Below are positions 11,915 through 23,708 of a DNA stretch of 64,000 nucleotides, in pieces. The notes beneath the pieces were generated by a model that made no database searches, was not told the origin of the DNA, and saw only the letters and a list, made by a program, of their open reading frames with translations. Numbering within the stretch: position 1 is the first letter of the stretch; the number at the start of each line of letters is the position of its first letter. The stretch spans positions 434,001 to 498,000 of the forward strand of contig NW_013657669.1 of the NCBI RefSeq assembly GCF_000142905.1, read 5' to 3'. Position numbers and translations under genes: made by a program. The stretch comes from Thecamonas trahens ATCC 50062 (Eukaryota > Protista > Apusomonadida).

Positions 11915-14900
11915 CTAAAACTCTGGCTGGTCGACTGGTTGGCCGTCTGGTGGATCAACAGGCGAGTCTGAGTCTGGGTGTGATAAGAACGAGCTTGACA
12001 ACGGCGGATCGGGGTGGGTAAGCTCGACCGTTGCTTCGCCCGACGCGGTGGTGGACACGTGCGACATTGAGATGAGATTGTCAAGCGTGATTTTGCGCTG
12101 GTACGAGCGTGAGAAAGAGACCGAGCGCGACGCATGCGGGCGAGCCGACGCGCGCCTGGACCCTGGAGGTCGCGGTGACGCCAGGTGCTCGCTCAACCGC
12201 TCGCTTGCGCCGCTGACCCTCCGGCGCGACCGTGGCGTTGCGCTTGAGTGGATCACAAATGACGACCTCCGCTTGCGACGGAGCTTGGGCGAGGCTAGGC
12301 CGGATGACTTGAGGGAGGCCACTGAATACGAGTCGGTTGCGATGGCGCTGGCATCCGCCACGACGGCTGTGTCCGAGGTTACTGACTCGAAGCCACTGCT
12401 AATGGCTGGGGGATGACCGACGTGGGTCGATATTGACAACGTTTGCGGCAAGGGCGATGCGTCGGTCGCCGTCTCGCTGAGCTGGCCTGTCACGGGCGCG
12501 AATTTGCGCGCCGCAGGCGCGGCAGCAACTCGGCGGGCAAGACGGGCCTTGCGGATTGTACCGATGCGTCGCTTGAAGCTGGCCTTGCGCCCGTGGCGTG
12601 GGGACGGCGAGAGCGTTCCACAACTGGAAGAATGGTCCAGCTCGCTGCCATCGGGATCCAAGAGGCTGTGGATGTGGGCCAGTGCCAACGTTGCCTCGCC
12701 GTCCATTGTCAACCGCCGCGACCGCATTAGCGCCGACGGCGAACGCTGCCGTTTGGCGCGGCGGTGGGTCGCCGGGTTAAGTGCACACAACGACTGCTCG
12801 TTCTGCAAGGTAGGCGTGGCGAACACGTCGTCGCCATCGTTGCAGGGCGTGGTGGTGGCCACCTCCTGCGAAATCGCCACATGACCTGTCCGTGACATGG
12901 TCGTCGACGAGGTGAGACACGACTCGTCAATGGAGCGATGCAGAGGGAGGTCGCATTCGGAACGTGCTTCTCGTGGTATGTCGTTGAGTGTCACCCGTCG
13001 GGATCGGCGGCCGCGGCGTGCCTGGATGACGCTCACGCTCTGGCTAAGGCTCCGTGAGCGAGTGCATGGTGAGGCCGATTGCGAGCCCGAACCCGAGTCC
13101 AAGCGCCGCTCTGAGCGAACGTCTGCCCGGGTCAGTCCGCGCAGCTTCTTGTTGTACTTGCGGCCTGAGAGCTTCCCAAGCCTTGCCTGGAACAACTCGA
13201 ACCGATGCGAAAGCGCGTCGGCAAAGACGCCAAGACGGTCGACACGGTTTGGCGCAATCGCGGCCACCTCGGCGTCGACCACCACCTGCCCACCGGTACC
13301 CGAGTCACCAACAGTCTGCGCGTATGCCATGGCCTGACCCGAATACGTAAACCGCAGCGTTCGCTCGTCAAAGGTAAGCGTTGGCTGACAGACAGCAATG
13401 CCCATCCGGACCCGCAGGCCGTGCCACAGAGCATCCGGGCTGTCTCTGGCGTCGGAAGGGAGCCGCTTGTCGTGCAGGATCGCCGGCGGCCAGAGTGCAT
13501 CCATCAGGTCGTGTTGGATCTGGACAGCAGCATTCAGCGCGTCCTCGGTGTCCTGGAACGCCACCACATACGAGTCACCCTCGGTCCGGATAACGTACCC
13601 GCGGAACTTGTCCAGTGCTTGCCGGAAAATCCGGTCGTGCTCTTCGATGGCCACCATCATGTCGCTTGAATAACTCTCCCACAGCATCGTTGACGACTGG
13701 ACGTCCGAGATAAGAATGGCGACTCGACCCGATGGCGCAATTGCGGCCTGGCTTGCCTTGCGCATCGCCACGTACTTGCGGCGCGAGTGCTGTCTCTTAC
13801 AGCGCAAGAGCGCAGCGAGGCAGAGAGCCAGCACGACAGCAGAGACTGCCGAGACACCCGTAACAAGGATGGAGAACTGCTTGCGCCTCTTCGCCGCATC
13901 ACTGTCTGTCGATGTGCACGTCGACTGCCCGCCGCACACTCCGCACGCGTCGAGCTCGAGGCCCGAGTTGGGCACCATGTCGCAGCCCGCGCACGACGAC
14001 GAGTTGCCAAAGCACACACCGCACGCATCGACAAACCGGCCCGAGCCAAAGCAGATGCCGCACGCGTCAAGCGCGGCGTTCTCGCCGTAGCAGATCTGGC
14101 ACGCGTCCTTGTCGGCATTCAACCCGCCACACACTCCGCACGAGTCAAGCCCAGCGTTGCCGCCAAAGCACACACCACACGCATCCAGGAACACGTTGGG
14201 TGTGATGCCTGTACTTCCGCCAGTGCACATGCCGCATGCATCAACGAGCGCTGTCCCGCCGCAAACGCCCGCGCAGTCGAAAACAAACTCCGGCCCGAGC
14301 GTCGCATTGCACGACACCACACAGTCACCAGTCCCGTTACACACGCCGCAGGCATCGACAACCGAACCCATGCCGTCGCATCCGCCACAACTCGTGTGGT
14401 CGCCACCGCAAATTCCACACGCATCGATTGACAGCGTCGCATTCGCGCAGCCCTCGCAGCGCTGGAAACACTGGCCACAAAAGTCCTGGTGCATCCGCGG
14501 AGGCCGTCCGGTTGTTCCGCCGACACACACGCCACACTCGTCGATGATCGCACTCCCATTGCATACGCCAGCGCAATCGAAAACGACTGGCGTCGACGTC
14601 GAATTGTCACACGAAGCAAAACATGTATCGACCGCTGAGCCGCCACACACCCCGCAAGCGTCAAAGTGTGCACCGCCTTGCGGAATAGGCACGCCGTCGC
14701 AGCCGAGGCACGATGAGCTATCGCCATTGCACACGCCGCACACATCATTAACAACACCCGAGTTGGGCACACCGTCGCACCCGGCGCACGTCGTGTTGTC
14801 ACCCCATGCAACCCCGCATGCATCCACGCACGCGTCGTCACCAAAGCACATCCCACAGGCGTCGATGTCCGAGTTGTCGCCAAAGCACACGCCGCAGCTG

Positions 14901-15056
14901 TCCTTGTCCGCATTTGGCACCCGCCCAGTTCCGGGCCCGGCGCACACAGAGCAGTCATCGTAGGCTGCTGGTGGCGGACAAGGCGGAAGTGGTGGCGGTG
15001 GTGGTGATGGCGGCGGTGGCGGTGATGGCGGCGGCGATGGCGGCGGCGGCGGCGAT

Positions 15057-15087
<31 letters not shown>

Positions 15088-17778
15088 GCGCAACAACGCA
15101 CGTGCTGCCGATCAGCTGCATTCCCATGTTGCACGATGTGCAGTTGGAGGCAGTCTGTGAGCATTCGGCACATGGCGCATCACAGGATGCGCATACTGCG
15201 GTGGTCGACACTGCGTATCGGCCCGGCGGGCACGCCCAGCACGATGAAAGGTCATCTGTCAGGGCGTAGCCCTCGAAGCACATTGTGCACGACCCCGAAC
15301 CAACGCCACACGTGCCGCTTCCCGGCGATGAACAGAATGTTCGCTCATCGCACGCCGTGCCAGTCCACCCGGGTGCACACGGTCCCGAGCACGGGGCGTT
15401 CGGCTCAAAGCTCGGAGCCAGAGCGCAAGCAGCCGGCCCGTGATGACACGCATCGCTTGCGCCACAGCCATTTGCAAGGCCAGTCGTAGAGGAGGAGCCC
15501 TCGCAGAGAACGTCCGGCTGGCAGCTGAGGCCGTAGTTGGAACAGACCGCCGAGGCATCAAAGCCGACCGAACCCATTGTGGTGAAATGGATGGCGGCGG
15601 TCGGCGCAGTGCCGGTGGCGGTATTGGTGGTGATGAGGCTAGAGACCACATCCGAGCCGGCAGCAGGTGCAGTGGCAAAAATGGCGCCACCGTGGACGGC
15701 GGTATTGTTGGCGATTGTGGTGTCGACGAGTTTGAACATGCCGCCGCCACCGACCGCCATGCCGCCGCCGTTCCCCATGGCTGCTGCATTGCCGATGACG
15801 GTACAGCGGCTTGAAGTCACATTCGTGGATGTGGTGTGCACGCCGCCGCCGTCGCCGCTGCCTGCGACGTTGCTGGTGATGGAGAGGTCGACAAGCAGAG
15901 TCGGAGCAGCCGTGGCACCAAAGCCAAGACCGCCCCCGACGATGCCGGCCGAGTTGTGCGAGATGGTTGAGCTCGAAAGGACGACCGGGCCGGAAGCGTA
16001 GAGTGCGCCGCCAGCGTCAGCAGCCGAATTGAATACAAAGCTTAGGTCAGCAGCATCCAGTGACGACGCCGTGCCGACGCCGAGCACGGCACCGCCGTGA
16101 GTAGCCGTCGCCGAGTTGGCGGAAAAGTCACCACCTGTCGCTACTAGGATATGGCGATAAGCAATCGCGCCACCGGCGTGGGCCGAGTTGCTGGCAAACG
16201 TAGACGGGAGCGGACCAAGCGAGGCGGAGGCAAGCAGGCCAAGATCAATGGCGCCACCGGTCGATCCGGGTGCGTTGGCAACATTACTTGTGAACGATGA
16301 GTCCGAGACAGCAAGCGAGGGCGCGCCGAGGGGGGCGGCAGCGATCTGGTTCGCAACAGCGACAGCACCGCCGGTCGCAGCTGCAAAGTTGGACGAAAAC
16401 GAGGCAGACGTCAGTGTGGCGCGCGCGCCATCACCAACATGCACGGCGCCGCCGTGCGCAGCAGCGACGTTGCTTACGAGTGAGGCGCCGAGTACATGAC
16501 ACACGGCACTACACGCAAGGGCGCCGCCGGAGCCGGAGCCACCGGCTGCCGTATTGTGCGAGAGAACGGCGCCTCCGTGAACGTCGATGCGGGGAGCGGC
16601 AGCTGCTCCTCCGGGCCCGGCCGTGGCAGTGTTGAATGTCAAATACGAAGCGCCAGAAACGACAATCCAGGCTGTCGCTGAGCCATGTACGCACGCGCCG
16701 CCGCTGGGGGCGGCATTGTTCGATGCATTGGTGGCCAAAAGGGTGAGGTTCCCGATCCCTGCCGCGTAGACAGCGCCTCCAGTTGTGGTGGCGAGGTTTG
16801 CAGAAAAGGACACAGCGGTGGCGATGAGCGGACCCGAAGTGTAGATAGCGCCACCGCTGCCGCCCAACGCCGAATTGGCTTCAAAGACTGAGGTCGAGAT
16901 CGAGTGAGCCGAGCCACCGGTGAGGACGATCGCGCCGCCATCGGCGGCGGCCGAGTTGTTGACAAAGGTCGAAGCGGCGACGACAACGTCACAACCGGTG
17001 ACAGCAAGCGCTCCACCGGCCGAGCCTGTGTTGCCGTCAAAGATCGAGTCAGTGACGGTGAGCGAGCATGACGAGGTGGACGCCGAGCTGACGGCAACAG
17101 CGCCCGGGCCGCTTGCGCCGCGAATGTCAACGGCGTCGAGCACGACCACAAACGATGACGAAGAGTGTGGGGCGTTGAGCTCCAGGACCGGTGCGGGTGC
17201 GGCGCCGGTTCTCTGTGATGAGACTCTCCGCCACGTTAGCTGGACTGACATCACAGAGGCTGCCGAGGCGACGGTGACGAGTGAGTGGGCGCTGAGGCCA
17301 TCCGCGGCGACATCCTCGACAAGGACGGTGGTGGACGAATCGGCGACGATGACATCAAAGACAGCGTCGTCAAAAGCGAGCGTAGCGGCTGCAGTCGGAG
17401 CGGCAAAGGTGAGATCGCGAACCATGAAGACTTGGTTGAGGGTTTGCGAGGTGATGCGGAACAGCGGCCCGCGACCTGAGCGGTCCTGGCCGACGCCACA
17501 CGAGAAGACGACCACGTCGCCGGGGTTTTGGCACGAAACATGAAGCTGGGGCTCGGCGAGTTGACGGATATTGTGGTAATGGAGCATGTCTCCTGGTCGT
17601 AAGTCCCGGCCTGGAAGCAGATGGAGATCGGCGAGCTGGCCGAGGTCACCGTCGTTGACGCCAGGAAGAGGCTCAGCTGTGACAGAGCCGTCCCGCCCGG
17701 GGAGACCACGTGGTCACAGCCATGGGCGGAACATGCCACCAGAGCCAAGACGAGGCAGGCCAAGGCCCCAGGTGACAT
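11915..17778 (-). CDS. Single-pass receptor-type class III nucleotide cyclase (signal peptide, GGA(I/V)/FxxN beta-helix repeats, EGF/furin-like, SPPPP linker, DxCGxCxG repeats, TM, cyclase); frameshift at ~17527
   Basis: MSPGALACLVLALVACSAHG signal in the upstream frame joins the 1890-aa ORF if one A is added (RAK|NPGDVV). TM ILVTGVSAVSAVVLALCLAALL. Cyclase motifs ISDVQSSTMLWE, RTEGDSYVVAF, GLRVRMGI, GGQVVV. Confidence 0.88.
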
Positions 17779-17997
17779 ACGTGGGAGAGTGGGGTGGAGC
17801 GAGAGTGCGGCTTGTTGCGGTAGAGTCAATGGAGGGCTTGCGTATCGAGGGCTATGCGGTTGTGGAGGGCTGTCTCAGCAAAGGTGCCAGAAATGGGAGA
17901 AATAAGTGCCCAAAGGGAATCAGTCAAACCGAGGAAGGGATTGGCAGGTTCCGACTCTCGGGTGAGTGTTGGACTTGGGAGCACAGGTGAGCCGCCA

Positions 17998-18022
<25 letters not shown>
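17998..18022. repeat. (GA)n microsatellite in the divergent intergenic region
   Basis: Direct dinucleotide run. Confidence 0.9.
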
Positions 18023-18028
<6 letters not shown>

Positions 18029-18368
18029 TAAGAAGCGCTGGAAGAGATGGAACGAGATGAATGCGAGCTGCCGGAGCGTGCCTGGACAGGGAGCACTGGG
18101 ACAGGCTGCGTTGCGGGTAGTTTTCGACCAGAGCGGGACAGGGCAAATTGGCGAACGAGGATGCCCCTCCCCTGGTGAAACAAATTGTACTAAAAAGTCT
18201 CTTTGGATGCCCTTTTGCCGGGACGGAAGGGAGAGCCAAGGTTGGCGCCAATGGCGCAGGGGAGCGCGACGGGCTGCTGGAGCCCGTTGAGGGCGGAGGT
18301 GGTGAGTAGCGCGAAAGGCCACCACACTCGGCGCGAAAGCGAAGGACAAGAGTGGGCACAAAGAGCGG

Positions 18369-21300
18369 ATGCAGCACACGCCTGACCGGTTCCGGGCTCC
18401 GCTGCGAACGCCATCGGCGCATGCCACCCGGGCTGCGCGGGAGCGGCGGACGCGGGTGCGGGCGCTGTCGAGCCAGGCCGAGACACGGTCGGCGCGGCTG
18501 ACGGCGGCTTCGGGAAGGCTAGTGACGAACAGAGGTGGAGGGGGCTCGCGGAGCAGTGGGCAGGGTGCAAGGGGGGGCAGGGGTGGCTTTCCGTTGTCGC
18601 CCATGCCGCCGCTCCGTCCGTTTGGCTCGGCGCTCGATAGCAGCTCGTTTGCGTCGCGGCGGGCGACGGTGCGGGCGGCGAGCCCGCCTCGGGCTGGCGA
18701 GTGGCGCAAGCCACGAACGACGACGACAACGTCGTCACTGGCTATGATCTCGCTCTCATTGGACGAGCCGCGGGCATCGCCACTGATGGGCGCGACCAGT
18801 GGTGCGCGAGCAAGAGCGCGGACGCGCGGCGCGCTGTCGAGCGTGGCGATCAGCTCGCCGTCGCCGCTGCTTTCAGATGCGTTTCTCTCGGGTGCGCTGC
18901 GGCGGCAGCCGTGGCCAGCACGGGTGACAGCGCCCGATGCTGAGCCTGCCGCGCTTCCAAGTGACGATGCGGGCGATCCGTACGAGTATGTGTATGAGTA
19001 CTCGGGCGACGGGGCGGCAGAAGTGCCCGAAGTTGTGGTCCTTGCGAGCACCCACGACGGCGTAGAGCGGACAGTTTCAAGCTTGTCGATGCGGTCTGAC
19101 GACGGATCAGCAATGACCGCGGTGGAGAACGAGCGGAAGCGAAGCATGCCGTCGCGGACTGGCTCGTTGTCGTCGGTCCAGCTGGCGGACGGGCGGTCAG
19201 GCAAGCCGTCGCGACTTGCGCGTGACGCGCTGGCGGTCTCGGCCTCGCCACGGGCGATTTCAGACTCGTCGTCTGGCTCGACACCGTATGCCGACGACGA
19301 GTGTGGGGTGAGCGGCGATGGGGTGAGCATGTCTGCGGTGTCGACGCCGCGGGTGGTGCGATCGCCATCGCGGTCGCTGGAGCGCGATCGCATCGAGGCT
19401 CTCGAAGGTAAGCTCGAGCTTCCGTTGTTTCGGTCTGGAAGCAGTTTAGGGCTTCGCCGCGGACGCTCCGACTCTTTGGCAGTGCTACCAGGATCACACG
19501 AAGAAGAGCAGCTTCTCTCTGCTGCTTCGTTTGCGGCGTCGTCGGAGCAGGCGTTCCGATCATCGCCGCCAACCGCGGTGCGGCCTAAAACGGACGCATC
19601 GCGGCCGACTTCGCCGCTGGGACGGTCGGCGTCGGCGTCGGCCCTACCGTCGCCCAAGGCACAAATGGAATCGGGGCTCGGGCCTGGACCTGCGTCCGCG
19701 CCTGCGCCGCCGCCGCTGCCTCCGCCGCAGCTTATGGCGAGCTCCGAGTCCGGGTGGACGCTGGCTGTGCGGCGGGCGCTGCAGCACCGGTTGTGGATAT
19801 GGATCATGGCGTTTCTTGCGCTGTATGCAATTGTCATCGACGACGTGCTTGTAGTGGCTGCGGTGGGCGGTGATGACGTGGGCAAGGGCATTGTGCTTGG
19901 CGCCCAAATTGTGTCCGTGGTGGTGGGGCTAGTGTTTTGTGGCGAGCTGGCGGCGCGGGCGAGCGCGCTACGCGGCAGCTATGTGGTGTCACTTGAGTTT
20001 GCGGCCGACGTAGCGGTGGTGGTCTCGTTTGTGCCCGAGGTTGCGTCGCTCATTGCTGGCGAGGACGTGGTGGCGCTGGCGCTTGTGGGGCGGACGTCGC
20101 TGCCAGAGCTACAAGCGGGAGCGGCGGCGCGTGGGGCTGCGGCGATTTTGCGGGTCGTTCGGCTCGTGCGTGTGCTCAAACTGCGAGTCCTGTTTGCAGC
20201 AGTGACGGCATCGACGCTGACAGCGATTGCCAACGCGCTGTCGGATCCCTCGTCAGGCGGCGAGGCGTCGGCGATTGTGGTGCTGACGGGCGAGGGCAGC
20301 GAGAGCGGATCCGGGTCGTCGGACGCGTCGCGGGCAACGCATCGGCTTGTGGAGCGCGCCGGCATCCAGATATCTGTGGCGCTGGTTGTCCTCATTGCGG
20401 CGGTGCTCTGCCTCGTCCATGGGGCCAACCTCTCGCTGGAGGGCTCGCTCTCTGCTGTGGGCGACGCACATGCTGTGGCCGGACTGGAGCAGCTCACGCT
20501 TGCGGTGAGCGGGGCAAGCTCGGCGTCCGGGTACGCGCGTGCGGTAGATGCGTATGTGGCGAGGTTTGCGGGCTCGGGCTCAGGCTCGGGGGCGGCGGCT
20601 GCGGGCTTTTCGCTCGCGCCGCGCCTCTTGGTGGTGAGTGTGGACGGCCGGCTGCTGGCGGGGAGTAGCCAGAAGGTGTCCCCGCTGCGGGAGCTGTTCG
20701 TAGAGGCTGTGGGTGTGGGTGGCGGGCGGGCGTACTTTGACGTCTCGACGGCAGAGCGGGTCAAGGCCGGAACGCACTTGCTTCTGCTTTTGGTCTTCCT
20801 CGGCTTTCTCACCGGCATCAACCGAAGCCTCGCATTGTATGCCGAGCGGCTGGTGACCGAGGCGATTGCGCGGATCTCACTCATTATCTACCACCTGACC
20901 CGGCACTGGCAGCACAAGCAAGACGCACTGACAGCGTCAGCTGACAACCTCGCAGGACGGTCCAAGAGCAAGGCGCCGCTGGTGCTGCGGCAGGTGATTG
21001 CCTCGATCGAGCAGGCTGCAGACGAGCAAGCGTCGACGTCGGTCGATCTGCGGGCCAAGTCGCGGTTGGCAACGGTGAAGGAGAATCGGCTGTCTGCGGC
21101 GCTGGCGGTGACGAACCGCGAGCTGGCGCGGGCGAACCCCAAGTTCTGGTATCCTCCGGCGCCGGTCTTTCCGATTGGCGTCCTCGACGAGCGGTTCCTC
21201 CGACTGACGGTGGACTCGCGTGGGATGAAGGTGGTCGACGCCGGTGCCAAGTTTGCGCTGGTGGCATACCTGACATCGCCGCGGCACAAAGATCGCGAGT

Positions 21301-22568
21301 ATGAGCGTGCGTTTCTCACCACGTTCCGACTCTTCATGGAGCCGGCGGAGCTTGTCGATCTGCTCATCCTCGAGTTTTGCTTTCTCCCGGACCAGAGCGA
21401 GGTGGCCGCGGTCGACTTTGACTTTGAGGACTGGGAGGTGTCCGAGCAGACGCCCAAGCAGACTCGGGTCATTCTGGTTGTGGAGAAGTGGCTGCGGCTA
21501 GCGTTTGAGCGCGACTTTGTGCCGGACACGCCACAGAGCGAGAGCGCCAGTGGAAGCCTGAGCGACTCGGACAACACGAGCAGCAGGAGCAGCGTGGCCA
21601 GCCGGGCGAGCGGAGATACGAGTCGGTCTGAGGCGATGGAACGCCTCACGCACTTTCTTTCGCTGCTGGTGGCGTCGTCGCGGCACGCGGCGGCGGCGCG
21701 GATCGGGACCTGGGTAGAGAAGCAGCTCAAGGGGCTCAACGACGGTGAGGCCTCCCCAAGCAAGGGCAGCCTGGGCACGCCACGATCACCAGCGCCGGTG
21801 GGCAACTTGTCGGTGAGCGTGGACGTCGACAGCGTGTCTGTGGTCGAGCTCGGGCGGCAGCTCTGCTTGGTGGAGCACAAGCTGTATTCTGCGATCAAGC
21901 CGTTTGAGCTTGTAGTGAGCTCGGGCAAGGTCAAGGGCCGGGCCGGGGTGGGCACTGCAGCACTCAAGGCCTCTTTCGACCACTTTAACAAGGTCGGGCT
22001 CTTTGTGCAGGCGGCAATCGTGTATGCGCCGACGGCCAAGGCGCGGTTGGCGCGGCTGCGCAAGTTCATCGAGCTCCTCTCGTTCTTCATCGAGGAGCAC
22101 AACTACAACGGGGTGATGGAGGTGCTCGGGGGGCTCTCGTCGGTGGCGGTTGCGCGGCTCAAGCGGCTGTGGAGCAAGCTCGACTCGAGCTCCGCCGAGA
22201 CGTTCAACTCGATCAAGACCATCATGTCGGCGTCCAAGTCGTACAAGTCGTACCGGTCGCTGGTAGGCTCGCTCGACGAGGCCACGCCTGTCGTTCCGTT
22301 CCTCGGCGTCTACCTCTCGGACCTGGTGTTCCTCCTGCAGGGCAACGACGGCGAGACCGACGACGGCCTCGTTGCCTTTCAGCGCTCGTACCACTTGACG
22401 GGAGCGGTGACGGCTGCACTGCGGTGGCAGAGCAATCGGTACTCGTTCATCAAAGTGCCCACGATTTCCCGGGTCTGGAACGTGGATGCGCAGGATTTGG
22501 ACGTGTCCGAGGATGCACTGTACGAGGCATCGCTTGTGCTTGAGCCGCGGCAGGCTCGGCGGCGGTGA
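18369..22568 (+). CDS. Polytopic membrane protein with voltage-sensor-like module fused to RasGEF (REM + CDC25)
   Basis: Ser/Arg-rich N-terminus, hydrophobic helices from ~19780 to 20880 including ILRVVRLVRVLKLR; REM FLTTFRLFMEPAELVDLL; CDC25 ELGRQLCLVEHKLY..FNKV..NYNGVMEVLGGL..VARLKRLW..VPFLGVYLSDLVFL..GN. Confidence 0.9.
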   Translation: MQHTPDRFRAPLRTPSAHATRAARERRTRVRALSSQAETRSARLTAASGRLVTNRGGGGSRSSGQGARGGRGGFPLSPMPPLRPFGSALDSSSFASRRATVRAASPPRAGEWRKPRTTTTTSSLAMISLSLDEPRASPLMGATSGARARARTRGALSSVAISSPSPLLSDAFLSGALRRQPWPARVTAPDAEPAALPSDDAGDPYEYVYEYSGDGAAEVPEVVVLASTHDGVERTVSSLSMRSDDGSAMTAVENERKRSMPSRTGSLSSVQLADGRSGKPSRLARDALAVSASPRAISDSSSGSTPYADDECGVSGDGVSMSAVSTPRVVRSPSRSLERDRIEALEGKLELPLFRSGSSLGLRRGRSDSLAVLPGSHEEEQLLSAASFAASSEQAFRSSPPTAVRPKTDASRPTSPLGRSASASALPSPKAQMESGLGPGPASAPAPPPLPPPQLMASSESGWTLAVRRALQHRLWIWIMAFLALYAIVIDDVLVVAAVGGDDVGKGIVLGAQIVSVVVGLVFCGELAARASALRGSYVVSLEFAADVAVVVSFVPEVASLIAGEDVVALALVGRTSLPELQAGAAARGAAAILRVVRLVRVLKLRVLFAAVTASTLTAIANALSDPSSGGEASAIVVLTGEGSESGSGSSDASRATHRLVERAGIQISVALVVLIAAVLCLVHGANLSLEGSLSAVGDAHAVAGLEQLTLAVSGASSASGYARAVDAYVARFAGSGSGSGAAAAGFSLAPRLLVVSVDGRLLAGSSQKVSPLRELFVEAVGVGGGRAYFDVSTAERVKAGTHLLLLLVFLGFLTGINRSLALYAERLVTEAIARISLIIYHLTRHWQHKQDALTASADNLAGRSKSKAPLVLRQVIASIEQAADEQASTSVDLRAKSRLATVKENRLSAALAVTNRELARANPKFWYPPAPVFPIGVLDERFLRLTVDSRGMKVVDAGAKFALVAYLTSPRHKDREYERAFLTTFRLFMEPAELVDLLILEFCFLPDQSEVAAVDFDFEDWEVSEQTPKQTRVILVVEKWLRLAFERDFVPDTPQSESASGSLSDSDNTSSRSSVASRASGDTSRSEAMERLTHFLSLLVASSRHAAAARIGTWVEKQLKGLNDGEASPSKGSLGTPRSPAPVGNLSVSVDVDSVSVVELGRQLCLVEHKLYSAIKPFELVVSSGKVKGRAGVGTAALKASFDHFNKVGLFVQAAIVYAPTAKARLARLRKFIELLSFFIEEHNYNGVMEVLGGLSSVAVARLKRLWSKLDSSSAETFNSIKTIMSASKSYKSYRSLVGSLDEATPVVPFLGVYLSDLVFLLQGNDGETDDGLVAFQRSYHLTGAVTAALRWQSNRYSFIKVPTISRVWNVDAQDLDVSEDALYEASLVLEPRQARRR

Positions 22569-22641
22569 CGGGCTCGGTTTGCGGTGGCATTAACAGAAAT
22601 CGACACCTGTCTGTACGCAGTAGCAGAGCGTGGCAGAAGGA

Positions 22642-23688
22642 ATGTCTGCTGGCGAGGGAGAGTACCGGCATGTGCTTGTGGCGTACGACCGGAGCAGCCA
22701 TGCCCATGAGGCACTGGTGTACTATGTGAAGACTTTGTGTATGTATTGAGGAGGGGGAGGGGGGGGGGGGGGGGGGAGGAGGAGGGGGAGGGGGAGGGGA
22801 CGACTTATGCATGGACGGTGGCTGGGTGTGGTCGGGACAATCGGGACGGTGCCAGTCAACGAGGCGTCGGATCGGATTTCACTGGTGACAGTGGCCAAGA
22901 AGGATTCGGATGAAGAGGCGGCACGTATGGCACTGGCGCAGGGGCGGGCGACGTTGGTGGAGCTGGGCGTGGGCGAGGAGAGTATCGAGGACGATGTGCT
23001 GGCGACTGGGGCGGTGGCGGAGGCTGTGGTCGAGGCTGCCGAGGCAAGGGCCTGCGATCTGCTGGTGGTTGGCGCGCGCGGGCGCGGCAAGGTCGCGCGG
23101 TTCTTCCTCGGCTCTGTCTCGACGTATGTGGTGTATCACGCGAGCGCGCCTGTGCTTGTAGTCAAGTCTGGTGTGGTGGCACGCCTCCGTGAGGAGCATC
23201 CCGAGTGGGGGCCCAAGGTGGCGGAGAGCACCTCGATCCTTTGTTGTCTGGATGGGTCGGCTGCGGCGGATGCGGCATTCAATGCAGCGCTGGTGGCTGC
23301 GCGCGGGCGCGAGGTCATTCTCTTTACGGTTGTCGAGCCGATGCGCGAGGTGCCCGGCGACTCGGGCGAGGAGGGCAGCAGCGAGGTCCGCGAAGTCCTC
23401 CTCTCCATCCACCAGCGCAAGCTCGATGCCGCCGAGGCGCTGCTGAAGCAGTACGAGGAACGCGCGCGTGACATCACCGACTCGGTCAAGGCGTACGTTG
23501 CCGTCGGTGATGCGCGTGACATGGTCACACGCACTGTCGACGCTGCCGCTACCGACATCATCACCCTCGGCGCCTCGGGCAAGACCGGTGAGAACGTGCC
23601 GCTCACCATCGGCTCAGTCGCCACCCACGTTCTACATGCCGTCAACGTCTCGGCTGTCCTCATCTGCCAGCCGACGCGACAGGAGTAA
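22642..23688 (+). CDS. Tandem universal stress protein (Usp-Usp); intron 22739-22855
   Basis: Exon 1 MSAGEGEYRHVLVAYDRSSHAHEAL splices (GTATGT..CAG) in frame to the ORF with DLLVVGARGRG..FLGSVS and a second domain ILCCLDGS..IITLGASG..IGSVA. Confidence 0.88.
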
Positions 23689-23708
23689 AGGAGCCAGTAC
23701 GAGGCGGG

